From: the human T2T-CHM13v2.0 reference genome, Homo sapiens
Assembly (NCBI RefSeq): GCF_009914755.1
Contig: NC_060934.1
Strand: one strand, 5' to 3'
DNA length: 64,000 nt
Part shown: in pieces, positions 40,891 to 54,554 of the stretch
Numbering within the stretch: position 1 is the stretch's first letter
Layout: each line of letters begins with the position of its first letter
Notes under the pieces: generated by a model
Told to the model about the DNA's origin: nothing
Seen by the model: the letters and a program-made list of their open reading frames with translations, nothing else
Databases searched by the model: none
Translations under genes and position numbers: made by a program

Positions 40891-41289
40891 GTTTTGTAAT
40901 GATTCTGTATTTGTTTTTAGGCTTCAGACATTTAGAAAAAAACAGTTTCTTGGGACCTTGGGATGTTTGTTTTAGAAAGCCACATCTCAGGCTACAGCTG
41001 CTGTGTGATTTGGAGAGTTGAATTCAGTTAATCTACAAAAAAAGGAGATGTTTAGTAAGCAAGGAACTGGCCCCAAATTCCACATAATTTTAATTTTCAG
41101 GTGTTCCACTTTCCAGTTATCATATTTGACATCTTCTCTCAATGTACAGAATGGAGAATGCATTGCAAAGGACAAGCAGAGGGTCAAGCAGTTTCATGGT
41201 TCCAATGGGGCTCACAGATTCTTTGTGCACATCTTTCTTTGGTGCTTGTGAGACTCCAGACAAAATGCACAACACAAAAGGTGGCTCCT

Positions 41290-42250
41290 GCTCGCTTTCT
41301 CCACTTCCTCATGCCTAGCCGCTCCCTGGCCACTCCAGAGATTCCTCCCCAACAGCTCGTTGAAATGGTTCTTTCATTGTCAACTTGCCCAGGCCAGCTG
41401 AATGGTTTTCTTCTGATTTGATCAATTGGCAGCAGGCAAAGTGGTTATCACTCCCTCTTTCTTGAAATGTTTGCTTTTGGTATTTTTGCAACCACCTCTC
41501 TCAGTTTTTCTGCATTTTTGTGGCTCATTCTTATTCCCTTTTGTTATTGCTTGCTTCTCCATGAACTTCCACAGAGCGGAGCTCTCCAGCAATCTGTCCT
41601 GGGTCCTCTTCTCCACATACTTGTTTCTTCTGATGTATCCCACCCAGTCTCATGGCATTGAGCCTCCTCTGTGCTCTGATGATTTCAAACGTGCTGTTGC
41701 TTTTCAATCTCCAGCCTAGCCTAGACTCTTGGATGAGATTTATTTCTTCAGTTTCCTGTTCATCGTCTTCATTTAACAGGCATCTCAAACTTAGGATGAT
41801 GACAGAACTGTAGATTTCCCCAGTCTAATCCCTCCACCTCAGCTTCTCCCTTTCTCAATAAATAGCAGCTCCATCTACCCAATTTCTCAGGTAGAAAACC
41901 CGGCAAATATTCTCAGTTTTTCTTTCTTCTTAATACGCATATATATACTCTTAAACATTTTTATTTCATCTACTTTCAAAATATGCCCTGATTCTGGTGA
42001 TAGCTCAATATCTCCACTGGCTCTTGGCCCTGGTCACTGTGTCATCTGCTGGAACTGCAGCACAGCCTTGCCTGGCCTCCCTGCCTCCACTCTCCCTGTT
42101 GCCTCCTGCTTCTTCCAACAACAGGAAATACACATCAGCTCCAAATGACTCAGTGACTCCATCTCTGTCTTCAAATAAAGTCCAAACTCTCATTAGGATT
42201 CACAAGACCTACATGATTAGGCCCTTACATTCATCCCAGCTCCACTGCTG
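41290..42250 (+). mobile_element. L2 element (decayed)
   Basis: 'atcactccctctttcttgaaa', 'ctgtcctgggtcctcttctc', 'cccagtctcatggc', 'aacaggcatctcaaactta', 'ataaagtccaaactc'. Confidence 0.75.
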
Positions 42251-43376
42251 AAAATCAAAGAAATAGGGAAAGTAAGGAAAGGGGGAGGAAGGGGCATAGA
42301 ATCCTCAAAGGCAAAACAGAGGGCTGCTGCCCCAACAGAAACCAGGGAGGACAGAAGACAATCAAATAACACCATTAAAACACAGGCAAAAATTAAAAAC
42401 CTAGCATTCTATATCCATCAAGCATATCTTTAAAAATTGATGTCAAAATGAAAATGTTTTGGGAAATAAAACATTAAATTTTAAGTAAACTAACTTAAAA
42501 AACCATTGAATTCTTTTGGGAAAAAATTTATCAGCAGTAGAAAGAACAGCACCAGAAAAGATACCTACGTGGGTCAATAGAATTGAGTATCAACTGCATA
42601 AAACTGCAGCAACAGCAATACATTATGGAATGGATAGCATGTATACGAGTGACTTACATGACAACAAAAACACAAAGAGGAAATATAGTTGAACTGTTTC
42701 AAAACTCTGAGTTGCTCAGGAAGTGGTAAGACTACTAAGTTAAACTAGTGTATATTCGAAGAATAAATGTAAATCTAGGGTAATCACTAAAAAAAAAGAT
42801 ACACAATAAAAAACCTAATATCTAGGAAGAAATAAAATGATAGAAATGCTTGACTAAGTAACAAGAACAAAAACTAAAGTCAGGAAAGGAGAAAGCAAAA
42901 AACTAAGTAGAAAACAAATTGCAAGAGCGTAGATTTAAATACAATACTCCATGGAAAAGACAAAGATTCTCAGACTGCATTAAAAAAACAAAAACAAAAA
43001 AGAAAATCCAATGCTGTTTACAAGAAACATCAAATTTAAGGATATAGAGAGGTTAAAAGTAAAGAAAAAATAGAAAAAATATATACTGTACCAATGAAAA
43101 CACCAATCAAAAGAAAGCTGTTGTGGCCATATTAATATCACACATTATAGACTTTAGTCAAGAAGTGTTATGAGGTGTAAAAATGGACATGTAATAATAA
43201 CGTTTTCAACAACCAGCAGAACATAAGAATCCTACATCTGTACATATATGAGACTATAATCCCACAATATATAAAATATAATTTGACAGAAATAAACGGA
43301 GAGAGATAATAAATGTGCAAGCATGACTGGAGATTTTTAGCATGCTTCTTTTAATAATAAGCAGATAAAAAAATCA

Positions 43377-43670
43377 GTAAGGAGTAATACAACTAACCAA
43401 TCTGACCTAATTTTATTATTTTTATATATAATATGTTATATGTATTTTATAGGATGTATCTATAAGAACATATATGTAAGGTATACATAAAATAAGAATC
43501 CATTATATTTTTATATACCATATATAGCATATATAATACATATGAAAAATATGATGTATTCTTCTTTTATGTGTACGTTACATATATTCTTACATGTATA
43601 TATAAAACATATTATATATATATAAATATTATACAATTAGGTCAGGTTGGTTAGTTGTGTTACTTCTCAC
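43377..43670. repeat. ~290-bp AT-rich imperfect palindrome (fold-back inverted duplication)
   Basis: gtaatacaactaaccaatctgacctaatt (43384-43412) vs aattaggtcaggttggttagttgtgttac (43635-43663): 27/29 complementary. The inner arms also pair. Confidence 0.88.
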
Positions 43671-43729
43671 CAATTTTTTAAAGTTCATTCTTTTGAAGTT
43701 CCTTTAGGACATTTATCAAAATCTGTGTT

Positions 43730-44107
43730 TGATATGGTTAGGCTTTGTATCCCCATCCAAATCTCATCTTGAATTGTAATCTGCATAATCCCAACATGTC
43801 AAGGGAGAGACCAGGTGGATGTAATTGAATCATGGGGGTAGTTTCCCCCATGCTGTTCTCAGAATAGTGAGTGAGTTCTCATGAGATCTGATGGTTTTAA
43901 GGGGCTCTTCCCTACTTCGCTTGGCACTTCTCCTTCCTGCTGTCTTATGAAGAAGGTGCCTTGCTTCCTCTTTGTCTTCTGTCATGATTGTAAGTTTCCT
44001 GAGGCTTCCCCAGCTATGCTGAACTGTGAGTCAATTAAACCTCTTTCCTTTATAAATCACCCAGTCTCAGGCAGTTTTTTATAGCAGTATGAGAAAGGAC
44101 TAACACA
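43730..44107 (+). mobile_element. THE1D-like solo LTR inserted in L1
   Basis: 'tgatatggttaggctttgtatcccc' to 'ggactaacaca'; perfect TSD gtgtt. Confidence 0.92.
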
Positions 44108-44923
44108 GTGTTCATGTATTAAAGCACAAATAAATCTCAGTGGGTTTTAAAGGATTAGAATCATAAAGTATAAGCTTTGTTCCTAACTTGGAATTAAATT
44201 AAAACTTAGCAAAAGAAACTTCAAGATCTGGCCAAGATCGAGTAATCACATTCCACTTATCTCTCACACTGATCACAGCTAGAAACTCTGAAAAGAATGA
44301 CTCAATGACTATTTGAAGATTCTGAAATTTTAAAAAAATACCAAGGAGAATGAGGAGAAAATTCAAAACTTGAAAATGACTAATATGATGATGAGTTCCC
44401 TGTTTTGTTTGTTAATTATTCTAAACTATATATTGTCTGCAAGAAATCTACTTAGAATATAATTCTATAGATAGGTTGAAAGTAAAATGATCAAAAATGA
44501 TGTACCAAGCAAATAAAAGTCAAAAGAAAACTGAAACATCTTTATTCACATCACACAACATAGCCTGCAGAACAAGGAAAATTACCAGAAATAGAAAGCA
44601 ACATTGCAGAATGATAAAAGGGTGGATTCCCAAATAAGATATAAGAATCCTAAATGGGCATGCACCTTACATGAAAACTGACATAAAGTAAAAGATACAT
44701 AGACAAATCCACAATTATAGCCAGAGACTTCACCATTGCTTTTTAAGTAATCAATGGAACGATAGATAATCAATCAGTAGCATAGAGAAGACCTGAAGAG
44801 CACCATCAATGAACTTGACCAAATTGAAATTTATAGCACACTCTATCCAAAAACAATAGAATAATAGAATATGCATTCTTTCCAAGGGCATATGGAGCAT
44901 TGACCAAGAGAGACTACATTCTA

Positions 44924-44924
<1 letters not shown>

Positions 44925-44967
<43 letters not shown>

Positions 44968-44971
44968 ACAC
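44925..44971 (+). repeat. (CA)n microsatellite
   Basis: Direct reading. Confidence 0.95.
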
Positions 44972-46967
44972 AGAACCATAACAAATGTAAAACAATTGAA
45001 ATCACACAAAATATATTCTCTGACCACAATGGAATTATATTAGAAATCAATCACAGAAAAATATAATACTTGGAAAATGCTCAAATATTTGGAAATTAGA
45101 TACATATTTCCAAAATTCATTGGTTCAAAGAGAAACTCTCAAGGGTAGTTTGAAAATATTTTTAACTGAATGAAAATGAAAATGTAACTTATCAGACTGT
45201 GTGGGATGCATCTAACTCAGTACTTAGCGGGACATGTATAACATTAAGGAATTATATTAATGATAAAGAAAGGACTCAAATCAATAATCTAATTTTCTAC
45301 TTTAAAAACTTGAAATAGAAGAGCAACGTGAACCCAGAGCAAGCAAAAAAGAGGAAACAATAAAGATAAAAGCAGATGGAATATTTGCTAAAATTGACAC
45401 CTTGTCAGGCCATAATTCTAGCCTCAGAAAATGTCAAAGGGTGTGAACTAACAGCATGCTATAACATGCTTTAAGTATTCTGGACACAAAAAAGAAAAAG
45501 GCACCTGGAAAACTCCCCACATTTGGAATATTTTTCAACCTTACTTTTAAACAATTTATATTGAAAGAAAAAAATAAAAAGGAAACTAAAAAACATTTAG
45601 AACTAAAATATAGTGAGGATACTACTCATATAAAAGCTTATGCCGTACCTCTAAACCAGCAAGTCAAGAGAAATTTAAGCCTTTGATGCTTATATTAGAA
45701 ATAATGAAAGACTCACTATTAGTGAGCCAAGCACTCAACTTAAAGGTCATAGAAAAAGAACAGTAGAATTAATAAAGATTAATAGAAGGAAAAGGCTCAA
45801 TTTTAGGAATGAATGAAACATGTTTAGAGACTGCAGAATTAAGTAGATGATAAAAATTATTAAAAACAATGTCAAAAAATAGAAAATTGGACAAAATAGA
45901 TAAATTCTTAGAAAAATACAATGTATCAAAACATACACAAGAAAAAATAGAAAACTTAAATAGTCCTACAGTCACTAAGAAAATTAAAATTTTCTCAAAT
46001 GGAAAATGCCAAACTCAGATCTGTTTGTAGATGAGTTTTATCAAAGCAAAAGAAAAGATAAGTTCTATTTCTACTACGCCAAAGGAAAGAAAAAATAAAG
46101 AAAAAAGAAAACTCAATATCTTATGAGACTAACAATGCATTGATAAGAAAACCAGACACACATAGTATGAAAAAGAAAAATTACATATCCCATCTCTCTC
46201 ATGAACACAAAACCAGAAACCTTAAGCAAAAATATTAGCAAATATCATCCAGCAATATAATAAAAGACAACACATCTTAAATAACTTGGATTTATACCAG
46301 GAATGCAATTCTGATTTAATAAGAGGCAATTAATAGCATCCTCAAATTTAAAGAAGGATCTTTATCAATGAAGGATCACCTTCTAGTAATGCTTTAATGA
46401 AAGGACAACTTATTATAAAATATCTTAGCAAACTACAAAAGAAGAAAAAATTATCTTTGCCTGATAAAAGGCATATAAAATTTATAGTAAACGTTATATA
46501 TAACAATGGAAGTTCAAAAGGATTGTCTGTAATATTAGGAAAAGAGAAAGATGCCTTCTATTCAATATTTAATCAAAATTTTACTGTAAGTACTAGCAAT
46601 TGCACCATGACAAGAAAAAGAAATAAAAAGTGACAGCATTGGAAAGAAAGAAATAATATTGTCATTAGTTGCTGCTGCTGATTGTCTATATAGAAATTTT
46701 TTTAAAAATACATTTATATTTAATCAAAATAGAAAATATAATTTTTAAAATGTAATTTTCAGTAACAAAAGTTTACACAAAGCATCCTTTATGCAAAGAA
46801 TTAAGTCCTTAATATAGCACATCAAAAAAATCTAAATAAATGGAAAACTATAGGAGGCACTTGTATAGAAAGACTCAGTAGAATAAAGATGCAAATTATT
46901 TATAAATTGATCTCTAGGTTCAATGGAATTCCCCAAAAATGCTAACAGATTTAATAGAACTTGACAA

Positions 46968-47100
46968 GTGTGTATATAAAATATATATGTGTGTGTATAT
47001 ATCCGTGTGCGTGTGCGTGTGTGTGCACCAGGAGACATGTACATGGATATTCATAGAAGTATTGTTCATATATATATATAAAGAGAGAGAGAGAGAGAGA
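46968..47100 (+). repeat. Compound TA/TG/TA/GA microsatellite with an embedded L1-derived ~45-mer
   Basis: Direct reading. Confidence 0.8.
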
Positions 47101-49794
47101 GCCCAAAATAGCCATGATACTTCTGAAGAATAAGATGGAGGTGAGGTGGAACTTGCCTTATCAGATTTCTTTCTTATGATAAAATGTCAAAAATAAGATG
47201 TGTTAGGGTTTTCATGGGCCTAGACAAATAGCCTATGGAGTAGAATGGACAGCCAGAAACTGACACCCAGAAGTACGGAGTTTCACTCATGCCAGGGTGG
47301 GCACTGTGCATTAGAGGGGAAAGGAAACGCTATTTAGCGAAACGATAATGGGCCAATTGTTGTTTATATAGAAAACAGTGGAACCTGACACCTACCTCAT
47401 ACCTACTCAACAATCAATTACAGGTGGCTGAAAGACTTAATAATAGTCCCCTAGTCCTCCTGTTTTCTAAAAGTATTTTAATTTGCTTTCTCACATTTAT
47501 GACCAAAGGATAGAGAGGGATTTTAAAAAGTGCATAAAATACATATTCCATAAAATAAATGACTGATAATTCTATAATTTCATTAGAAAGTTTTTGGTCT
47601 TCAAAATACACAGGAAGAATGTAAAATTTCAAGGCATGTACTAAGAAAAGACGTTCATACCACATATAACTAAGAAAGGATTTATATGTAGAATACAAAA
47701 GGATTCATACAAATCAATAAGAAAAATGTGCAAAAAATTTAAAGAGGTATTTTCCTAAAAAGGAAACACAAATGACAATTAAACATATAAAATAATGCTC
47801 AACCTCAGTAGAGATTAGGAAAATGCAAATGCATAGAGTGTAGTGATGTATTTTTTTTTTTTATCCACTAGTTGGGCAAAAATTTGGAAGTCTTATAATA
47901 CCTAATGTTGGTGAGGCTATGAATCAACAGAGACTTTATTGTTGGTCCAAGTATAATTTGTAATGACCACTTTGGAAAATAATTTGGCATTATTTTACAA
48001 ATATGAATATTTAACCAAATAATTTTAGGGATATAGCAGAACATTTTGCATGTATGTGTCAGGAGCCATATACATGAATATTCATAGAAGTAGTGTTCAT
48101 AACAGCAAAACCAGAAATTATCCTAAACTCATCCAGAAGAAAATAGATAAACATATTTCAATAAGTCTTAAAATGGACAGTTATAAAGCAGTGGAAATAC
48201 AGTTATATGCAACACTATGAATGAATCATACCAATATGTCAGAAATCCTAGAACAATTCATAGAATACAATATTTTATAAGCCTCAGAAACAAGTAGAAT
48301 TAAACAACATATTGTACAGGTATATGTACATATGTGATATAACTAAACAAGAAAACAAAGGAGTAATAGATACAAAATTCTGGGTAGAGGTAACTCCTGG
48401 GTGCATAGAAATGGGATTGAGGAGGTATATTGCTGGGACAAAGACTTTGGCTTAATTTCAGTATAGATTTGTGGGTCTAAATTTTATTGTGTTTCATACT
48501 ATATCTATTACAAATATCCTATCTGTCAAGTATTACATATGAAAACTTAAAAAGAAGTGTATATTATGTGGTTCTGGACTATTATTAAAAATGTACTGTA
48601 TATTCAGTGCTGAGCTTCCTGTTGGTCAAAAAAAGAGGTTAATGAACTCAGTTCAGAAGGTACTTTGTGTAGCTGAAAACACAGCAGTTGTTCAGGATAA
48701 GCAGTGTCTACCAGTTAGTGAAGGTTGAGTCATTGTCAAATAAATGTATTTTTCCTTAAAGAAAACATAGCTTAATGGGCATAAGTATAATCAATTATTT
48801 TATCATCCCCTCTTTAAATTTGAATTTTACAAAAAAGTCCCCATGATCTTCTTTCCCCGGATGCTCCAGTTTACTTTGTCCAAAGTCACTAACATCTGAC
48901 AATGAATCCAGAAAGGACCCAGTTCTAGAATGTGGTTGTAAGCACTGGGCACATCTGGCCATCTCCCTTTGTGTTCACAATCGTCAGTCACTGAATGCCA
49001 TCTCCCAATTATTGCTTGGTTTCTGCTAATATTTGTCACAAAAATGTTTGTTTGAATGTATCTTATCAAAGTAATGTTTGTGTTTTGGATTAGTCATTGC
49101 TTGGTTAAAGATTTGTATAATCAGCTTATTTTAAGATTAATTCATGGAAAAAAAACCCTCTGCAAATTCCCATTATCGCTTAATTTGTATAAAGATATTT
49201 ACTATATTTTAACAGTGCAATTAAGATTAATATGGGTTCTAACACCATAAGGTCAAGTAAACATGGATTGGATGATACTCTAAACACTCACCTCTGATCC
49301 TCAGATATTATTATGCAGCCCAGATCTTGTGGGTTTGCAGAATAGCAAAAAGGTCAGAAGTGAAATGAAATGAGTATTCTCAGGTTGTCTGATGCAGATG
49401 AAGGCACGGTGCTACCCTGGGCTGACTCGTTCATCACTCTGGGTTTCAGAAATAGCAGATGATTCACAGGCTGGAGGAGGATGGATGGCACCCTTGAGGG
49501 AGAACCTCCCTTGGGCAGACAGGAAAATGATCTCAGAAAGAAGCTGGGGTGCGTTTGTGTGGTCCAGGCTCTTCTGAGTCCAGGTTTTTCTCAAGAGCAC
49601 TTTTTTCCATGAGCCTGTGCCTGTTGGTGCCCCTTAGAAAGCTAGACTGCATGCCTTCCGAGGCCCTTCAGGCTGCTGCTGCCATTCTTACTGCTTCTGG
49701 AATCAGTAATATGTGGGATGGGCTTTCCCACAATTTTGATGAAATTGAGCAATGTTTTAATTTCTTATATGAACTAAAAAGTAACCCACTCCTC

Positions 49795-50455
49795 ACAGTG
49801 GGTTGAATGGTGGTCCCTCAAAATACGTACCCATGTCAAAATTCCTAGCAACTGTCAATCTGATCTTATTTGGAAAAAAAAAAAAAGGGTCTTTGCAGAT
49901 GTAATTGAGTTAAGGTTCTGGGGATGAGATCATCCTGGATGCAATGACAAGTGTTCCCATAAAAGGCAGAAGGAGATACAAGAGGGGAAGGCTGTATGAA
50001 GAGGCAGGCAGAGATCCGGGTGATGTAACCACAAGCCAAGGATGACCTGGAGCCACAAAGCTGGAAGAGTCAGAAAGGCTCTTGCCCTAGGCAGGAGTGT
50101 CCAATCTTTTGGCTTCCCTGGGCCACATTGGAAGAAGAAGAATTGCCTTGGGCCATACATAAAATACACTAACACTAACAATAGCTGATGAGCTAAAAAG
50201 AAATTCACACAAAAAATCTCACAATGTTTTCAGAAATTTTAAGAATTCATGTTGGGCAGCATTCAGAGCTGTCCTGGGCCACATGTGTCCCACCAGCTGT
50301 GCGTTGGACAAGCTTACCCTAGACCCTCCAGAGCCAGCACGGCCCTGCCCACACCTCCATTTCAGACTCCAGGTCTCCAGAACTGTGAGAGAATACATTC
50401 TATTGTTTTCAGCATCTAGTTTGTGACAATTTTTTATGGCAGCTCTAGCAAATTG
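49795..50455 (+). mobile_element. MLT1 (B/C-like) MaLR LTR interrupted by MER30
   Basis: 'gtgggttgaatggtggtccctcaaaa...gggtctttgcagatgtaattgagttaagg...ctccagaactgtgagagaatacattc...atggcagctctagcaaa'. Confidence 0.85.
50092..50316 (+). mobile_element. MER30 hAT MITE
   Basis: 'caggagtgtccaatcttttggcttccctgggccacattggaagaagaagaattg...gttggacaagctt'; CCCTAG duplicated on both flanks. Confidence 0.9.
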
Positions 50456-50718
50456 TGTGCGTGTTATTTTAGGCATTTTAGTTTTTACTTATAAATATTT
50501 TTTAATGAAAATAATAAAATCTTGTCTGGGTTTTAAAGCCCACCTGATAGACCGTAGTAGTTCCAGCTCCCTCTCAGTCCCTGCACATGGCTTCAAGTCC
50601 CCTGTGTTAATCAGGCAGACTCATCAACTGGCTTCGCTTTAATCAAAACATTTAAAAACCTTGCAAGTTTGATCCAACTCACTATAAAATTTCCCCATTT
50701 GGCCTTATTCTCATGATA

Positions 50719-51699
50719 TATTAGTCTCCCCTTACCCATCTGGGGTACTTTCCAAGACCCCTCATGGATGCCTGAAACTGCAGATTCTACTGAACTCTAT
50801 ATATGCTGTGAATAAATTTCCTTTTCCTTCTTTACAGTTTCACGAATAGAAGATTCACTCTTACCATAGGTCTTAGCAACCTCAGCATACACTTATTTTT
50901 CTTTCTTTTAGCTAAAACTTTCACCTTTTCACATTAAGGAAGCACTTTTCAGCTCCTCTTTGGCACATCTGAATTGCCAGCATCATTACTTTTGTGCTTT
51001 TGGGGCTGTTATTAAGTAAAATAAGGGTGACTTGAACATAAGCATTGTCATACCATAACAGTGATCTCATTCCCAAGCCTGCTTCTCTGTGACTAACAGG
51101 TGGGTGGCGTGTGCAGTGTGGATATGCTGGACAAAGGTGTAATTCACATCCCAGAAGGGAGGGTTCAAGATTTCATCATGTCACTCAGAATAGCATGCAA
51201 TTTAAAACTTATGAACTCTTTATTTCTTGGATTTTCTATTTGATATGATTTGGCTGTGTCCCCACCCAAATCTCATCTTGACTTGTAGTTCCCATAATCC
51301 CCAAGTGTTGTGGGAGCGGCCCGGTGGGAGGTAATTGAATCATGGGGGCAGTTACCCTCTGGCTGCTGTTCTTGTGATAGTGAGTGAGTTTTCATGAGAT
51401 CTGATGGTTTTATAAGGGGCTTTTCCCCATTTGGCTTGGCACTTCTTCCTGCCACCAAATGAAGAAGGACGTGTTTACTTCCCCTTCCTCCATGATTGTA
51501 AATTTCCTGAGGCCTCCCCAGCCCTGTGGAACTGTGAGTCAATTGAACCCCTTTTCTTTATGAATTACCCAGTCTTAAGTATTTATTCATAGCAGTGTGA
51601 GAATGGACTAATAAACCATTTAATATTTTAGAAACATGGTTGACCATCAGTAACTGAAACTGTGGAAAACAAAACCACAGGTAAGGGGGCACTATTGTA
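50719..51699 (-). mobile_element. MER44 (Tigger7-derived) element split by a THE1 LTR
   Basis: Termini 'tagtctccccttaccc' and 'gtaagggggcactattgta'; interior 'cttagcaacctcagcatac', 'gaattgccagcatcattact', 'attaagtaaaataagggtgacttgaac'. Confidence 0.8.
51241..51615 (+). mobile_element. THE1 (C/D-like) solo LTR
   Basis: 'tgatatgatttggctgtgtccccacccaaatctc' to 'gaatggactaataaa'; TSD ctatt/ccatt. Confidence 0.92.
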
Positions 51700-52004
51700 A
51701 TTATTTTCATTTTCTTGACTGTTCTGCTGGGGGTCATATCAGAATCCTTCCTCTGTTTTTTGTTAACTGATTATGTGGTCCGGCCACAGGGAAGAGACAC
51801 CCAGCTTGGCGCTCCAGTTTTTTCAACCTGGGAGACAGACAGAGGTTTGGACATCTCACGTGATTAGTGCTACAGTGTCATGCTGGCATGTGGAAAGGTG
51901 AGATGTCCTCTGTCTCGAGCAGTCCGTCCTGTGAAGACAACATTCTGCCTTGACTGAGAGCTCCCTGTCTGTGCTATCCAGGGATACTCCTCCCACGTCC
52001 TTTT

Positions 52005-52422
52005 CACATGTGCTGTTGAACCCTTGAAATCTGGCCAGTGCAAAAAGTAATGGAATTTTTAATTTTTAAGATTTCTTGGCCGGGAGTGGTGGCTCATGCC
52101 TGTAATCCCAGCACTTTGGGAGGCCGAGGCAGGTGGATCACCAGGTCAGGAGTTCAAGACCAGCCTGGCCAAGATGGTGAAACCCCATCTCTACTAAAAA
52201 AATACAAAAAGTAGCCAGGCGTGGTGGTGGGTGCCTGTAATACCAGCTACCTGGGAGGCTGAGGCAGAGAATTGCTTGAACCTGGGAGGGAGAGGTTGCA
52301 GTGAGCCAAGATTGCACTACTGCACTCCAGCTGGGGTGACAGAGTGAGACTCTATATCAAAAAAAAAAAAAAAAAAAGATTCCTTTAATTTTCATCCACT
52401 TACATTTAAATACTCATACTTG
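52005..52422. mobile_element. MER3-like hAT fragment interrupted by an Alu
   Basis: 'cacatgtgctgttgaacccttgaaatctggccagtgc...gaatttttaatttt'. Confidence 0.55.
52078..52377 (+). mobile_element. Alu (AluS, Sg-like)
   Basis: Full-length with poly-A; TSD aagattYctt. Confidence 0.95.
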
Positions 52423-52484
52423 GGGAGGATTTTGGGAGAATGCATCTGTGCTCATCCTTGAGCTTAGACACTGTGGCATCCCAG

Positions 52485-52860
52485 GTGTCTTAGTCCATTT
52501 GGGCTGCTGCCACAATATACCTTGAAAACAACAGAAATGCTTTGCTCGCAGTTCTAGAGGCTAAGAAGTTCTAGAGAGAGGAGACAGTAGAGTCTGTGTC
52601 TGGCGAGGCCCTGCTTTCTTGTTCCTAAACTCCCTTCTCACTGTGTCCACAAATGGTGGAAGGGGTGAAAGATCTCTCTTAGGTAACTTATATAAAGACA
52701 CTACTAATCCCTTTCATGAGGGCTCTGCTCCCATGGCCTGATCTCCGCCCTCAATGGCCTGATCACCTCACAAAGGCCCTGCCTCCTAATACCATCACAT
52801 TAGGGGTGAGGATTTCAACATGTGGATTTGGGGTACATAAGCATTGAGACTATATTACCA
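52485..52860 (-). mobile_element. MaLR LTR (MST/MLT1A-like)
   Basis: 'tgtcttagtccatttgggctgctg...ctaatccctttcatgagggctctgctcccatg...cctcctaataccatcacattaggggtgaggatttcaaca'. Confidence 0.82.
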
Positions 52861-54554
52861 GGAGTTGCCTGGGACACGTCTAGTTTGTGATTCTGATGCC
52901 ACTTCCTGAGAAATTAAGAAGCTACACTGACTCATCCATGAGTCTCAGGGAATTACTCTAGAAAAATTAATAATAACTTTCAAGCAAGAAGTCATGTGCT
53001 CTTCCCTCATACCTTATTCCAAGGCCATAGGAATAAATGTGCTAGGAATTTCCAGTTGAATCTTCCTTTCTGTAGTTTGTAGCCACTTGTGTCCTTTCAT
53101 GTGAGCCAGAGATGAGAATTGCCAGTCCACGGTGCCCCAGCAGGATACCAGCGTCCCCTTTACAGAACCCAAGAGGAGCACAAGGCCCACAGCCTTCTGA
53201 AGGGGACGCAAAGTTGGCTCTGAGAGCCACTGCACAGCCAGCATGTGGCACACAGGCAGTGTGGGATATCCCTTTACACATCCCCATGTGAAACAAGATG
53301 CTACACTATCCAAGACCCAGAAGACCAAGGCTGGGCGGGGGGTCAGGGAAGTGTGCAATATGGTGGCCGAATACCTCCACAACCTGTGTTAGATGTGGGC
53401 ACTTTCAAAGGGAAGGCAAACTGAAAAGCAAACTGTAGCGCAATCAATAGTGGCTTCAGCAGTGTTTTATATAATGAAATCATAGGCAATAGAAAAAAAT
53501 CCCTATTCTCAAGTAATTTATATGAGCTGTTTTTAAGTCACAAAAGGGTCAATTCAATTTAGAATTTACACATGGATTCATGGAGGTGGCAACTTGAATA
53601 TAACTTTCTACCACTTCACTTAACTCCAGGCTACCCAGCTCTCCCAAAGAGCATATGACCTCAGAGCTCACTGGCAGCTGTGGGATTCCTGCAGGTAGAG
53701 TGATGGGGTTTTCTCCTTGTGAGGCTGGAAAGAGTCTGGATTCTCCTGCTAGTGGGACAATTGGAGCAAGAGAATTCTAGAAAGAGCCTGGTCCTTAGTG
53801 TCATGTGGTCCTTGGAGGAATGTCATTTTTAGCTCTGGCTCTTTTCGTCATTGCACACCCAAGTCTGGGGAGATGCTCAGTGGGTAGGCTGGGCTCTCTC
53901 TGACCCTGAGTCTGGGACAGTAGGAAGAGACCATAGGCACAGACCATAGGCTCACTCCTCCTTCCTTCAGAGGAGGACAGATAGTGGACACTTGCTGTTG
54001 CCTTGTTGCCTCGCAAGGGTTGAGAAGACTTTCATTCCACCACTGAGGTGCTGTAGTCCATACTGTGTGCCAGCAATGAGGATGAGCCTTGATGGGCAGA
54101 CAAGGACAAATGACAACCCAGCTGAGGAGGGAGAAGGAATCAGTCAGAGTCAACACAGCATGTGCTCAGCTCAGCTCAGCTCCCACTCTTGAAAATGGCA
54201 CCAGTGCCCTGTTTGGAACCTGGAGGGCCCTGCGGGACCAGCCTCTTCTTCTCCTGCGTTTACTTTCAGTGTTACACTTGCTCCCACTGTCTTGCAGTGC
54301 TGTGGTTCTCTAAAGAACTCCCTGCGTGCATGCCTTTGGACAGCCTCGTCAATGGTGAACAAGTTCCCGTGCGCTCAGCCTCTCCACTCCCTGCCTCGAC
54401 TGAGACACATCCGGTCTTTTCCCTGGGCCCCGCTTCTCCCTCAGCGTTCTTACTATAGTGCTTTTGGCTGCTTAGTCACCTACCTGCAAGAATGTGTTGT
54501 TCAGGAGGGAGAATTTTTGTGCCTTCACACACCATGTTGTTTGTAGAGCACAGG

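Larger units (their letters stand above)
42250..48560 (+). mobile_element. Composite old L1 block (L1M family), sense; ORF1 end, ORF2 remnants and 3' end
   Basis: A-rich L1 ORF2 phrases ('accaatcaaaagaaagctgttgtggccatattaatatca', 'ttctctgaccacaatggaattatattagaaatcaat', 'ataccaggaatgcaa'). At least two L1 copies are present because the endonuclease region occurs twice. Confidence 0.8.
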
